Source: Deltaproteobacteria bacterium
Lineage (GTDB): Bacteria > Myxococcota > Kuafuiibacteriia > Kuafuiibacteriales > Kuafuiibacteriaceae
Assembly (NCBI GenBank): GCA_040218735.1
Contig: JAVJQW010000019.1
Span: 96,001-160,000, forward strand
Length of the DNA: 64,000 nucleotides
Direction of reading: 5' to 3'
In this document: positions 50,024 to 57,939 of the stretch, piece by piece
Position numbering within the stretch: the stretch's first letter is position 1
Layout: each line of letters starts with the position of its first letter
Translations under genes and position numbers: made by a program
The notes under the pieces: generated by a model
What the model saw: only the letters and a program-made list of their open reading frames with translations
Database searches by the model: none
What the model was told of the DNA's origin: nothing

Positions 50024-52177
50024 TCAGGCCGCCGAGGGCAGCTCCTCGGGGAGGCTGGCGCGACCGAGCGGCTGAATGGCCGTGGTCGGCGGAAGCTCCT
50101 GAACGGACAGCACGGCCAGCGCGGGGAACTCGACCTCGACCAGGCGCCGCACGTACCGCCGCACGTCCGAAGTCGTCAGGAGCACCGGCCGCCGGCCCAT
50201 CCGAAGCACGGGTCGCAGAGTTCGCGAGATCGACGTCAAAATCGCGCGCCGCATCACCGGATCCAGCGCGAGGTAGCTCCCGCTCGGGATATGGCAGATC
50301 GCGCTCCGGACGATGTCCTCGATCTCACCATCGAGGAGGACCGCATTCAGCTGGCCGTCCTCGACGAACCCGTAGGCAATCTGCTGCGACAGCGCGCTGC
50401 GGACGTACTCGGTGAGCAGGACGCCGTCGCTCTCGTGCGGCCCGAACTCCGCGAGCGCTTCGACGATCCCCTTTAGGTCGCGAATCGACACGTCCTCGTC
50501 CACCAAGCGGCGCAGAATGTCGGTGAGCTGCGTCAGGCTCACGATCTTCGGCACGACCTCCTGCACGAGCGTGGGGCACACCTTCGCGAGTCGGTCGACG
50601 AGCTCACTCGTCTCCTGCAGACCGATGAAGTTGCGCGCGTTTCGCGAGAGCACGACACCGACGGTCATGGAGACGATGCCGTCGACCGGCATCGTGAGCA
50701 CGCCGGCCGCCGCGAGCTTGGCCTCGAGCCGCTCGTCGACGAAACCGCACGGCGCGCCGCTGAGCGGGTGTGGGTAGGGCTCGGCGCTGACTCCGAGGCG
50801 CGCAAGCTTCTCCGGAGACTCGAGCGCGAGGCACTTCCCCAGCGGGAGAACTTCATCGTAGACCGGGACGTCGCGGAGGCGCACCACGAAGCTCCCCGCC
50901 GGTAGACCGGGCACGTGCGTGCGCACGCGAATGCCGGGGAATCGAACGCCCGACTGGGCGTGCAGGAACCTGCGGAGCTCGGGGAACAGCTCACCGATCA
51001 ACAGCGTCTCGGCGTCCTTCTTGCCCACGCCGAACCCGAGCTTGGTCGTCAGCTCCGGCGACAGATCGAGCATCACCGGGACGACCGTCGGCGCCATCTG
51101 GTCCATCTGATTCTTCTGCGCCTTGGCCTGCTCCACGCGCTCCGCGAGGCGGGACTCGAAGGACTCGTCCTTCGCGGCCACGGGCCGGTCGCGGCGTCGA
51201 CGCAGGACGATCGCCGCCGCGCCGAACGCCGTCGCGATGGCCAGGAACGGCACGGCCGGGAGCCCGGGGACGATGGCGAGGACGGCCGAGAAGAACGCGC
51301 CAAGCGCGAGTACCTTCGGGCTCGTGAAGAGCTCGGAGCGCAGGCTGTCGCCCAGGCTGCTCTGCGGCTGCTTGGATGCGACGCGCGTCGTGAGGATGCC
51401 CGCGGACAGCGTGATCAGGAGCGCGGGGATCTGCGAGACCAAGCCGTCGCCCACCGTGAGGAGCGAATAGACTTCGGCCGCTTCCGACACCGGCATCCCG
51501 TTGCGCATCGCGCCGATGACGAGCCCCGCCACCAGATTGAGCGCGGTGATGATCAGGCCGGCGATGGCGTCGCCCTTGATGAACTTCATCGCGCCGTCCA
51601 TCGCTCCGTAGAACTGCGACTCGCGACCCAGCTCGTCGCGCTGCGCCTGCGCCTCCTCGTCGTCGATGGCGCCCGAGCGCAGCGCGGCGTCGATCGACAT
51701 CTGCTTGCCGGGCATCGCGTCGAGCGTGAAGCGGGCACCGACTTCGGCGACGCGCTCGGCGCCCTTTCCGATGACGAGGAACTGCACGAGCGTGATGACG
51801 AGGAAGATCACGATGCCGACGATCAAATCTCCCTGGACGACGAACGCCCCGAAGGCCTGCACGACCTCGCCGGCCGTTCCCCGCGACAGGATCATGCGCG
51901 TGGTCGACACGTTGAGCGAGAGGCGGAACAGGGTCGTCACCAAGAGCAACGACGGGAACGTGGAGATCGACAGCGGCTTGTCCGACAGCAGCACGGCCAC
52001 GAGCACGACGGCGGCGAGCGCGAGGTTGAGCGCGAGCAGGCCGTCGAGCAGCGGCGCGGGGAGGGGAAGGATCATCATCGCCAAGATGCAACCGATGGCG
52101 ACGGCGAACGTGACGTCGGCGTGCTTGGCGGGGGCGTCGAGCGGGATGGCGCGGAGGGACTTTCGGAGGGCTTTCAT
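50024..52177 (-). CDS. sctV: Type III secretion export gate protein SctV (LcrD/FlhA, FHIPEP family)
   Basis: FPSLLLVTTLFRLSLNVSTTR, KGAERVAEVGARFTLDAMPGKQM, FYGAMDGAMKFIKGDA, GDGLVSQIPAL, GLQET, VSIRDL, LTEYVR. Confidence 0.95.
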   Translation of the reverse strand: MKALRKSLRAIPLDAPAKHADVTFAVAIGCILAMMILPLPAPLLDGLLALNLALAAVVLVAVLLSDKPLSISTFPSLLLVTTLFRLSLNVSTTRMILSRGTAGEVVQAFGAFVVQGDLIVGIVIFLVITLVQFLVIGKGAERVAEVGARFTLDAMPGKQMSIDAALRSGAIDDEEAQAQRDELGRESQFYGAMDGAMKFIKGDAIAGLIITALNLVAGLVIGAMRNGMPVSEAAEVYSLLTVGDGLVSQIPALLITLSAGILTTRVASKQPQSSLGDSLRSELFTSPKVLALGAFFSAVLAIVPGLPAVPFLAIATAFGAAAIVLRRRRDRPVAAKDESFESRLAERVEQAKAQKNQMDQMAPTVVPVMLDLSPELTTKLGFGVGKKDAETLLIGELFPELRRFLHAQSGVRFPGIRVRTHVPGLPAGSFVVRLRDVPVYDEVLPLGKCLALESPEKLARLGVSAEPYPHPLSGAPCGFVDERLEAKLAAAGVLTMPVDGIVSMTVGVVLSRNARNFIGLQETSELVDRLAKVCPTLVQEVVPKIVSLTQLTDILRRLVDEDVSIRDLKGIVEALAEFGPHESDGVLLTEYVRSALSQQIAYGFVEDGQLNAVLLDGEIEDIVRSAICHIPSGSYLALDPVMRRAILTSISRTLRPVLRMGRRPVLLTTSDVRRYVRRLVEVEFPALAVLSVQELPPTTAIQPLGRASLPEELPSAA

Positions 52178-52194
52178 GGCGTGCACGCTGGTTT

Positions 52195-52211
52195 AGCGAG
52201 GTCCGTGCCAA
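52195..52211 (-). promoter_or_regulatory. sigma54 promoter of sctV, with upstream CGRACGAA repeats at 52237-52279
   Basis: Minus strand TTGGCACGGACCTCGCT; plus strand TTCGTCCG 52237, GACGTCCG 52248, TTCGTTCG 52272. Confidence 0.75.
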
Positions 52212-52288
52212 CGCGATTGGACGTCGCGATCGGCGATTCGTCCGGAGGACGTCCGGAAACGGCGGATGAAATTCGTTCGGACGGCGCT

Positions 52289-52939
52289 TCAGCCTTCGAT
52301 CAGATCGAGCAGCGCGTGGGCTTTGCCGGCGAGGGCCGTATTACGAGCGCGATTGGCTTTGGTGAGCGCGCGCTGAAGGTACGTCCGGGCCCGCGCCTTG
52401 TTCTTCCGAACGAGCTCCAGCTCCGCGAGGTTGAGCTCGGGGCGAGGGTCGGCCGGATCGAGGCGCGAAGCGCGGCCGTACGCGTCCACGGCCTGCTCTG
52501 CGTCCCCGCGGTAATCGGCCACGAGGCCCCGGGCGAGCCAGAAGTAGGGCTCCTTGGGGTCGATGGCGGTCAGGCCGTCGAAGATGACCTCGGCGAGGCG
52601 CAGCCCGCCGCTGCGGAGATAGTGGTAGCCGACCTCGGCCAGCCCGAACAGCGCATCCGGGTCGTACTCGCGGGCCTCCGCGATCGTTCGGCACACCACG
52701 GCGCCCGCCTGATCGTCGAAGGGCACTGCGGCCACCTGACGCAGCGTGTCGAACATCGAGGTCGCGTCGTAGTCGTCGAACGCGAGCGCCTTCGGAGGCT
52801 GGCACACGAGGGCACGTTGGGCCGGCGCGGAAGCGACGCGCGGCGCGGCGGGGGCGTTCGGCGTGGAGGCCGAGGCGCGAGGGACACGGACCCGAGGACG
52901 GGTCCCCGGAACGGGACGGCGGCGACGTTCGTGGTTCAT
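52289..52939 (-). CDS. TPR chaperone, SctY/SycD-like
   Basis: AEVGYHYL..AEVIFDGLTAIDPKEPYFWLARG..AYGRASRLDP..LNLAEL; immediately upstream of sctV. Confidence 0.8.
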   Translation of the reverse strand: MNHERRRRPVPGTRPRVRVPRASASTPNAPAAPRVASAPAQRALVCQPPKALAFDDYDATSMFDTLRQVAAVPFDDQAGAVVCRTIAEAREYDPDALFGLAEVGYHYLRSGGLRLAEVIFDGLTAIDPKEPYFWLARGLVADYRGDAEQAVDAYGRASRLDPADPRPELNLAELELVRKNKARARTYLQRALTKANRARNTALAGKAHALLDLIEG

Positions 52940-52942
52940 GGC

Positions 52943-53395
52943 TCAGTAGGTCCTCTGTGCGATGCGCTGGTCGATGGCGCCCATCGGTTCGCTGCGCTTG
53001 CGGTCGATGGCGTCCTGGAACTCGCACAGGCCCTCGCAGGCGGCCATGAGGCGGGCCTCGGCCTCGAGCGCCTCGGCGCCGACGGCGACGGGCGTCGCGA
53101 GCTTCGCCCGGAACTGGGCGACGCAGTGCTCGAGGCGACCGCGGAGCGCGGCCGCCGAACGCGCACGCCGAGGGGGTGCCGGCAGGCGAAGGTCGTCGGA
53201 GAAAGACCGAGCCTGGAAGAAGCGCCCGCCCACGGTCGGGACCTCGAGGTCGAGGTGCTCGGGGAGCGCGACATCGGCGACGTCGAGCGCCTTCAGCTCG
53301 GCGATGCCGGGAAGCTCCGCACCATGACGTGGTCTTTCGATCTGCGCATCGACCACGCGTGGCATCAGGGCTCCGAGTTGAAGTGCGTGCGTCAT
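52943..53395 (-). CDS. Hypothetical protein, positionally SctX (YscX)-like
   Basis: 150 aa with a helical C-terminus; lies in X-Y-V order with the TPR gene and sctV; assignment by synteny only. Confidence 0.5.
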   Translation of the reverse strand: MTHALQLGALMPRVVDAQIERPRHGAELPGIAELKALDVADVALPEHLDLEVPTVGGRFFQARSFSDDLRLPAPPRRARSAAALRGRLEHCVAQFRAKLATPVAVGAEALEAEARLMAACEGLCEFQDAIDRKRSEPMGAIDQRIAQRTY

Positions 53396-53407
53396 GCTCG
53401 GAACCTA

Positions 53408-53424
53408 AGCGAAGGGCGTGCCAA
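53408..53424 (-). promoter_or_regulatory. sigma54 promoter, with upstream CGRACGAA repeats at 53450-53489
   Basis: Minus strand TTGGCACGCCCTTCGCT; plus strand TTCGTCCG 53450, AACGTCCG 53461, GGCGCCCG 53472, TTCGTCCG 53482. Confidence 0.75.
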
Positions 53425-53576
53425 TGGACGCGGGTTCTACGAAATCCAATTCGTCCGGCGAACGTCCGGACGGCGCCCGGATTCGTCCGCTCACGCCGAG
53501 GAGCCCGAACGTACGAATCCGCAGGCGTTGCATTGTCTGGGAGAGGGGGAGCGGACGGGGCGCCCGCGAGGAGGGG

Positions 53577-54038
53577 TCACGCCTTGAGGTTGTTGATCGC
53601 GGTCATGTAGGCGCGATGCTCGGCGGACATGATCTCGGAGGCCGTCTTGAAGAAGTGATTGGCCCGCGCGTTGGCGACGGTCGCGAGCGCACCGACGGTC
53701 GTCACGTCGAAGCTCGCGTCGATGGACTTCAACCCGGAGTCGATCGCGTCGTCCATCTTCGCGACGTCCTCCTCGGACAACGTGCCGCGACCGAGCGCGT
53801 CGAGGAGCGCACGCGCGTCGTCCATGCCGGCGCGCTGCATGAGGCCCGCGAGGGTCTCGGCCTCCTCGGCCGAAACCGAGCCGTCCGCCATCGCATCTTC
53901 CCAGGCGCTCTTCACCGCTGCGCCCGCTTCCACGTTGGCGCGATGGTCGGCGATCTGGTCCGCGTATCCGTGCACCTCGCCTTCGGCGTGGAGCATGAGG
54001 CCGATCTGGTTTTTGACTGCGTCGTTCATCTCGTTCAT
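53577..54038 (-). CDS. Helical T3SS substrate-like protein (filament/tip-type C-terminus)
   Basis: C-terminus FFKTASEIMSAEHRAYMTAINNLKA resembles the polymerising terminal helix of T3SS filament/tip subunits. Confidence 0.55.
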   Translation of the reverse strand: MNEMNDAVKNQIGLMLHAEGEVHGYADQIADHRANVEAGAAVKSAWEDAMADGSVSAEEAETLAGLMQRAGMDDARALLDALGRGTLSEEDVAKMDDAIDSGLKSIDASFDVTTVGALATVANARANHFFKTASEIMSAEHRAYMTAINNLKA

Positions 54039-54412
54039 CCCTTCAGCGTGTAGCGGCGATGCCGCGCCAACGCACCGCGCCGCAGGCGCCCGACGTCTTG
54101 CATGAGCTGACGCTGCGCACCGGCTCCCACGCTGAAGATCGTCTTCACCGTGTGGAACGCGACGCCCACCGTGGCCCCGATCGGCCCCGTTCCCGCCAAG
54201 GCCGGCGCCGTGCGCGCCTGCACCACCGCGATCGCGTCCGCCACCTCCGACAGCTCGTCGGCGTTCTCCTGCAGCGCCTTCTCGGCGCCCGTGAGCGCCT
54301 CTGCGATCTGGCGACTGCGCTCGATGTGCCCCTGAAGCTCGTCTTGATCGTCGGCGCGATACTCCGCGACCGCGACGTTGAACCGCGCCGTCATCATTCC
54401 CGAAACCGTCAT
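54035..54412 (-). CDS. Helical protein with hydrophobic segment (possibly the frameshifted 5' half of the next ORF)
   Basis: RBS AAGGAG; coiled coil, then ALAGTGPIGATVGVAF. Confidence 0.55.
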   Translation of the reverse strand: MTVSGMMTARFNVAVAEYRADDQDELQGHIERSRQIAEALTGAEKALQENADELSEVADAIAVVQARTAPALAGTGPIGATVGVAFHTVKTIFSVGAGAQRQLMQDVGRLRRGALARHRRYTLKG

Positions 54413-54422
54413 CTCAATCTCC

Positions 54423-54911
54423 TTACGCGTGCTTCTGCGCAGCGGCGCGCGCGAGCTGCAGGCGAGCTTCCCGCTCGGCCTTGAAGTCCTTCGACAGCTT
54501 CTCGTGCTCACTCTGCGTCGCGGCCTCCAGCTCGGCCGCGAGTCGGTGCTCCTGGGCTTCGAGCGACGCCGCGCGCTGCTCTTTTCCGTAGGTGTATCCG
54601 GCCTTGGCAGATAGCAACGAGCCTGACGCGCCCGCTGCACCCAACCACTTCGAGAGGGTCTCGCTCTCGGCGCCGGCGATGGCGCCGCCGATCTGGGCGA
54701 AGGCGCTGACCGAGGAGCCGACGGCCTGCCACATCGCCATCTTGTTCGCGGCCACCGCCGCGTCCTTCTCCTTCTCGAGCGCCTCCGCCTTGCGCTCGAA
54801 GCTACGGTCGCGCGCTCGCTTCGCGTCGGCGTTGTTGCTGTCGCTGCTCTTCCTCATCACCTCGGCGTTCTGCGCGAGGAGCGAGACGATCGTGCTCACT
54901 GCTGCTGACAT
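54423..54911 (-). CDS. Putative minor translocator (SctB/YopD/EspB-like)
   Basis: Coiled coil, Gly/Ala/Ser-rich hydrophobic hairpin (MWQAVGSSVSAFAQIGGAIAG), coiled coil; T3SS context. Confidence 0.55.
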   Translation of the reverse strand: MSAAVSTIVSLLAQNAEVMRKSSDSNNADAKRARDRSFERKAEALEKEKDAAVAANKMAMWQAVGSSVSAFAQIGGAIAGAESETLSKWLGAAGASGSLLSAKAGYTYGKEQRAASLEAQEHRLAAELEAATQSEHEKLSKDFKAEREARLQLARAAAQKHA

Positions 54912-54918
54912 CTTTGAC

Positions 54919-55926
54919 TCATCCCCTCAGCGTCCGAGCCTCGAGATCGAGGATCGCCGCGTTCATGTCTTCGCTGCTGGCCGCCGCCTCCGCGACCACC
55001 TGCTGGGCGTCGGCGAGCTGGGCTTCCGAGGCCTCGATCGCGAGGCTCTCGCCTTCGGCCTCGAGCCGCTTCAGATCCGCGTCGCCGTCGAACTTCCCTT
55101 CGACCGCCGACCCGACGAAGTAGCCGCCGCTCTCGACCACCGCCGCGGTCGTGACGCCCATCTGCGCCACCGTCGCGACGGTGCTGATCAGACCGCCGAC
55201 CGGATTCAACGCCGCGAGCGTGAGCCCCGAGTTCATGCCGGTGGCCAACCCGTAGCCGCTGAAGAGGTTCCGAGTCAGACGCCCGAAGACGCTCCCCTTC
55301 TTCGACGCCTCGACGGCTTCGGCCTGGGCATCGTAGCGAGCCTGCGAGCTCGCCTCGACCTCGCCGAGCTTCGCGCGCCCGCCTTCGAGCGCTTGCGTTC
55401 GCTTGGCGTCGGCGACATCCGAGGCCACCGCCTGCTGCCCCTGCACGGCGGAGACGCCCGCCATGTTGCCGTTCCCGCGCCCCTGTCGTCCCGCGTGGTC
55501 CTTCTTCACGTTGTTCGACAGGCTGCTCTCTGCGAGGTTCAGGTCGCGCGAAGCCTTGGCGACATCGGCGCCGACCGCTTGGAGCTCGAAGTCCAAGCGC
55601 GTCGACTCCGCGGCGAGTCGGTCCTCGTCCGCCTGGAGCAACTCGACGCGCTCGTTCAGCGACTCACCCTCGCGACTGTTGATCCCGAAGAACCCACCGA
55701 CCGCGTGCACGACGTTGCCGACCGTCGAGCGATCCTGAATCTCCTCCTGCCGCTGCGCGAGCTCGATCTGCTGTTCCTGAGCGTGCTCGATGGCCTTGGC
55801 GTTGGCCTCGCGTTGCTGCTCGAGGTCCGCGACCTTGCTCTCCGCCGCGTCCGCCGTGGCCTCGAGCTTGTCCTTCGCCGCCTCGAACAACGCGAAGGAA
55901 ACGCGCTGTGCTGCATTGGGTCTCAT
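54919..55926 (-). CDS. Putative major translocator (SctE/YopB-like)
   Basis: RBS AAGGAG, ATG 55926; long coiled coils; hydrophobic GLTLAALNPVGGLISTVATVAQMGVTTAAVV. Confidence 0.55.
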   Translation of the reverse strand: MRPNAAQRVSFALFEAAKDKLEATADAAESKVADLEQQREANAKAIEHAQEQQIELAQRQEEIQDRSTVGNVVHAVGGFFGINSREGESLNERVELLQADEDRLAAESTRLDFELQAVGADVAKASRDLNLAESSLSNNVKKDHAGRQGRGNGNMAGVSAVQGQQAVASDVADAKRTQALEGGRAKLGEVEASSQARYDAQAEAVEASKKGSVFGRLTRNLFSGYGLATGMNSGLTLAALNPVGGLISTVATVAQMGVTTAAVVESGGYFVGSAVEGKFDGDADLKRLEAEGESLAIEASEAQLADAQQVVAEAAASSEDMNAAILDLEARTLRG

Positions 55927-55951
55927 GATGTTCTCCTTCTCGAGCCGGCGG

Positions 55952-56560
55952 CTACGCCATGCGGGTGCTCTGGTGCTTCTGCTTGATCGAGTCCGCGAGC
56001 TCCGACTGGTTCTTGCGAACCGCGCTGACCATGCTGACCTCGATGTTGATCTCGACGTTGCGGCTCGCACCGTCCGCCTCGGCGGACTTGAGGGCGTTGT
56101 CGATGTCCCGCTTCCAGCTATCGAGCGCGGCGTTCGCCTCGGGCGTCGCGAAGTTGAAGTTGCCGCTGGCGTCCACGTTCTCCGCCTTCCAGCTCAGCTT
56201 GACGCCGATCTCCTCGAGCGGCTTCGCGATCTCCGCGTTCCACTGCGCGGGTTTGATCGCGCCCGCCGACTGGAGCTCGCTGAGGCGGGACTTCACCTTG
56301 AGGATCCGCTTGTTGAGCGCGTTCTGTTCGGCGATCTCATCGGCACGGGCGTGAAGGAACTGCTCCTTCACCTCACCGAGCTTGCCCATCTCCGCGAGGA
56401 TTCGCTTCGCGGCGTCGCCGCGCCCGGCCGAGGACCGACGGACGGTGCTGTCGCCGAACGCATCCGGCACGGCGCCCGAGGCCCGGGACTCCGACGTCGG
56501 CGTCATCTGGTAGCGGTTGGTGACGTTGGTGGTGGGGTTGGGGTTGAAGTTCGCAGCCAT
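55952..56560 (-). CDS. Putative T3SS tip/filament protein (SctA/EspA/Bsp22-like)
   Basis: Disordered N/P/T/S-rich N-terminus; two long helices flanking a small domain; first gene of the operon. Confidence 0.5.
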   Translation of the reverse strand: MAANFNPNPTTNVTNRYQMTPTSESRASGAVPDAFGDSTVRRSSAGRGDAAKRILAEMGKLGEVKEQFLHARADEIAEQNALNKRILKVKSRLSELQSAGAIKPAQWNAEIAKPLEEIGVKLSWKAENVDASGNFNFATPEANAALDSWKRDIDNALKSAEADGASRNVEINIEVSMVSAVRKNQSELADSIKQKHQSTRMA

Positions 56561-56613
56561 GGTCGTGACCTTTCGTTGGTGTGGGCCGCTTCAGTGCGGT
56601 CGACCAACACCAC

Positions 56614-56630
56614 TTCAAGGCACGTGCCAT
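56614..56630 (-). promoter_or_regulatory. sigma54-like promoter, with upstream CGRACGAA repeats at 56666-56713
   Basis: Minus strand ATGGCACGTGCCTTGAA (-12 element GA instead of GC); plus strand TTCGTCCG 56666, TTCGTTCG 56677, TTCGTTCG 56687, GGCGTCCG 56706. Confidence 0.65.
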
Positions 56631-56723
56631 CGATGGATCGTCGCGACGCCGCCGATCCGACGGCGTTCGTCCGAGATTCGTTCGGATTCGTTCGTGCGGC
56701 CGGACGGCGTCCGGCCACGCCGG

Positions 56724-57893
56724 CTACATCGCGCGCTCGTACAGGTCCTTCGCGGCCTCGGGCGTCAGCTTCTTCGGGTTGCCGGCCGCGGCGGCGTCGA
56801 TGACGGCCTGCTCGACCATCGTGGGGATCATCTTCTTCTTCACGCCGAGGGGGGCGAGGCGGCGCGGGGAGCCGATCGCTTCGAGGATCGACCACACCAT
56901 GTTGAAGCAGCTGCGGGCGCGGAGCGCGAGGGTGCCGCTGACGTTGTCGCCGAGGGCCTGGCCCGCGATCGCGTAGGCCTCGGAGGCCGCGTCCAAGTTG
57001 TACTCGATGACGTGCGGCAACATGATCGCGTTCGCGAGGCCGTGGTGCAGGTCCGCCACCGCCGACAGCGGGTGCGCCAGCGCGTGACAGGCGCCGAGCC
57101 CCTTCTGGAACGAGATCGCCGCCATCGACGACGCGACCAGCATCTCGTGCCGCGCCTTGATGTCCTCGCCGTCGCGCACCGCGCGCACGAGGTAACGACC
57201 GACCCGCGTCAGCGCCCCGAGCGCGAACATGTCCGCGAACGGGTGGTTACCGTTCGACACGTACGCCTCGAGCGCATGCGTCAGCGCGTCCATGCCGGTG
57301 GCCGCCGTGATGTGCGGCGGGAGGCCGACCGTCAGCTCCGCGTCGCAGATCGCCACGTTCGGGAGCATGTGCGGGCTGAAGATGACGACCTTGTGCCCGT
57401 CGTCGCCCAGGCAGATGACACTCGCGCGCCCGACCTCGCTGCCGGTGCCCGCCGTCGTGGGGATGGCGATGACCGGCGGCATGTTGCCGTGGATCTTCCG
57501 GTCGCCGCCGATCAGATCGTCGTACTCGATCAGCGGGAGCTCGTGCGTCGCCTTCAGGGCGATCGTCTTGGCGACGTCCATCGGCGCGCCGCCGCCGAGC
57601 CCGATCACCACGTCCGCCTCCACCCGGCGCAGCGTCTCGACGCCCTCCAGGACGTCGCGCTCGATCGGGTTCTTCGACACGCCGAGGTACACCGCCCCGG
57701 CGAGGCCGCCCTCCGCGATCACCTTCTCGACCTTCTCCACGAGACCGGCCGACTTGATGCCCTTGTCGGCGACGATCAGCGCGCGCTTCGTGCCGAGCTT
57801 CTCCATCTCGTGCGGCAGTCGCGCGAGCGCACCGGGGCCCACGACCATGCGCGTGGGAAAGCTCATCTCGGAGATCGGAATGTCGACCGTCAT
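56724..57893 (-). CDS. Iron-containing alcohol dehydrogenase
   Basis: GLGGGAPMDVAK, AIPTTAGTGSEV, GMDALTHALEAY, GACHALAH, HHGLANA. Confidence 0.93.
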   Translation of the reverse strand: MTVDIPISEMSFPTRMVVGPGALARLPHEMEKLGTKRALIVADKGIKSAGLVEKVEKVIAEGGLAGAVYLGVSKNPIERDVLEGVETLRRVEADVVIGLGGGAPMDVAKTIALKATHELPLIEYDDLIGGDRKIHGNMPPVIAIPTTAGTGSEVGRASVICLGDDGHKVVIFSPHMLPNVAICDAELTVGLPPHITAATGMDALTHALEAYVSNGNHPFADMFALGALTRVGRYLVRAVRDGEDIKARHEMLVASSMAAISFQKGLGACHALAHPLSAVADLHHGLANAIMLPHVIEYNLDAASEAYAIAGQALGDNVSGTLALRARSCFNMVWSILEAIGSPRRLAPLGVKKKMIPTMVEQAVIDAAAAGNPKKLTPEAAKDLYERAM

Positions 57894-57939
57894 CGGCGCG
57901 TAGCTAAACCACGCGCCGCCCGGGCGCAATCTGGAGCGC

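Noticed and set aside
50024-52177. Flagellar flhA
   Set aside because: No flagellar neighbours (flhB, flhF, fli, flg); the context is a TPR chaperone plus translocator-like genes. A phylogeny is still needed.
50915-53587. Long antisense or alternate-frame ORFs (also 1240..2991, 2847..4832, 22268..24424, 38707..40347, the 57970..60009 extension, 61427..63421)
   Set aside because: Arg/Gly/Val-rich shadow frames of real high-GC genes, with no family motifs.
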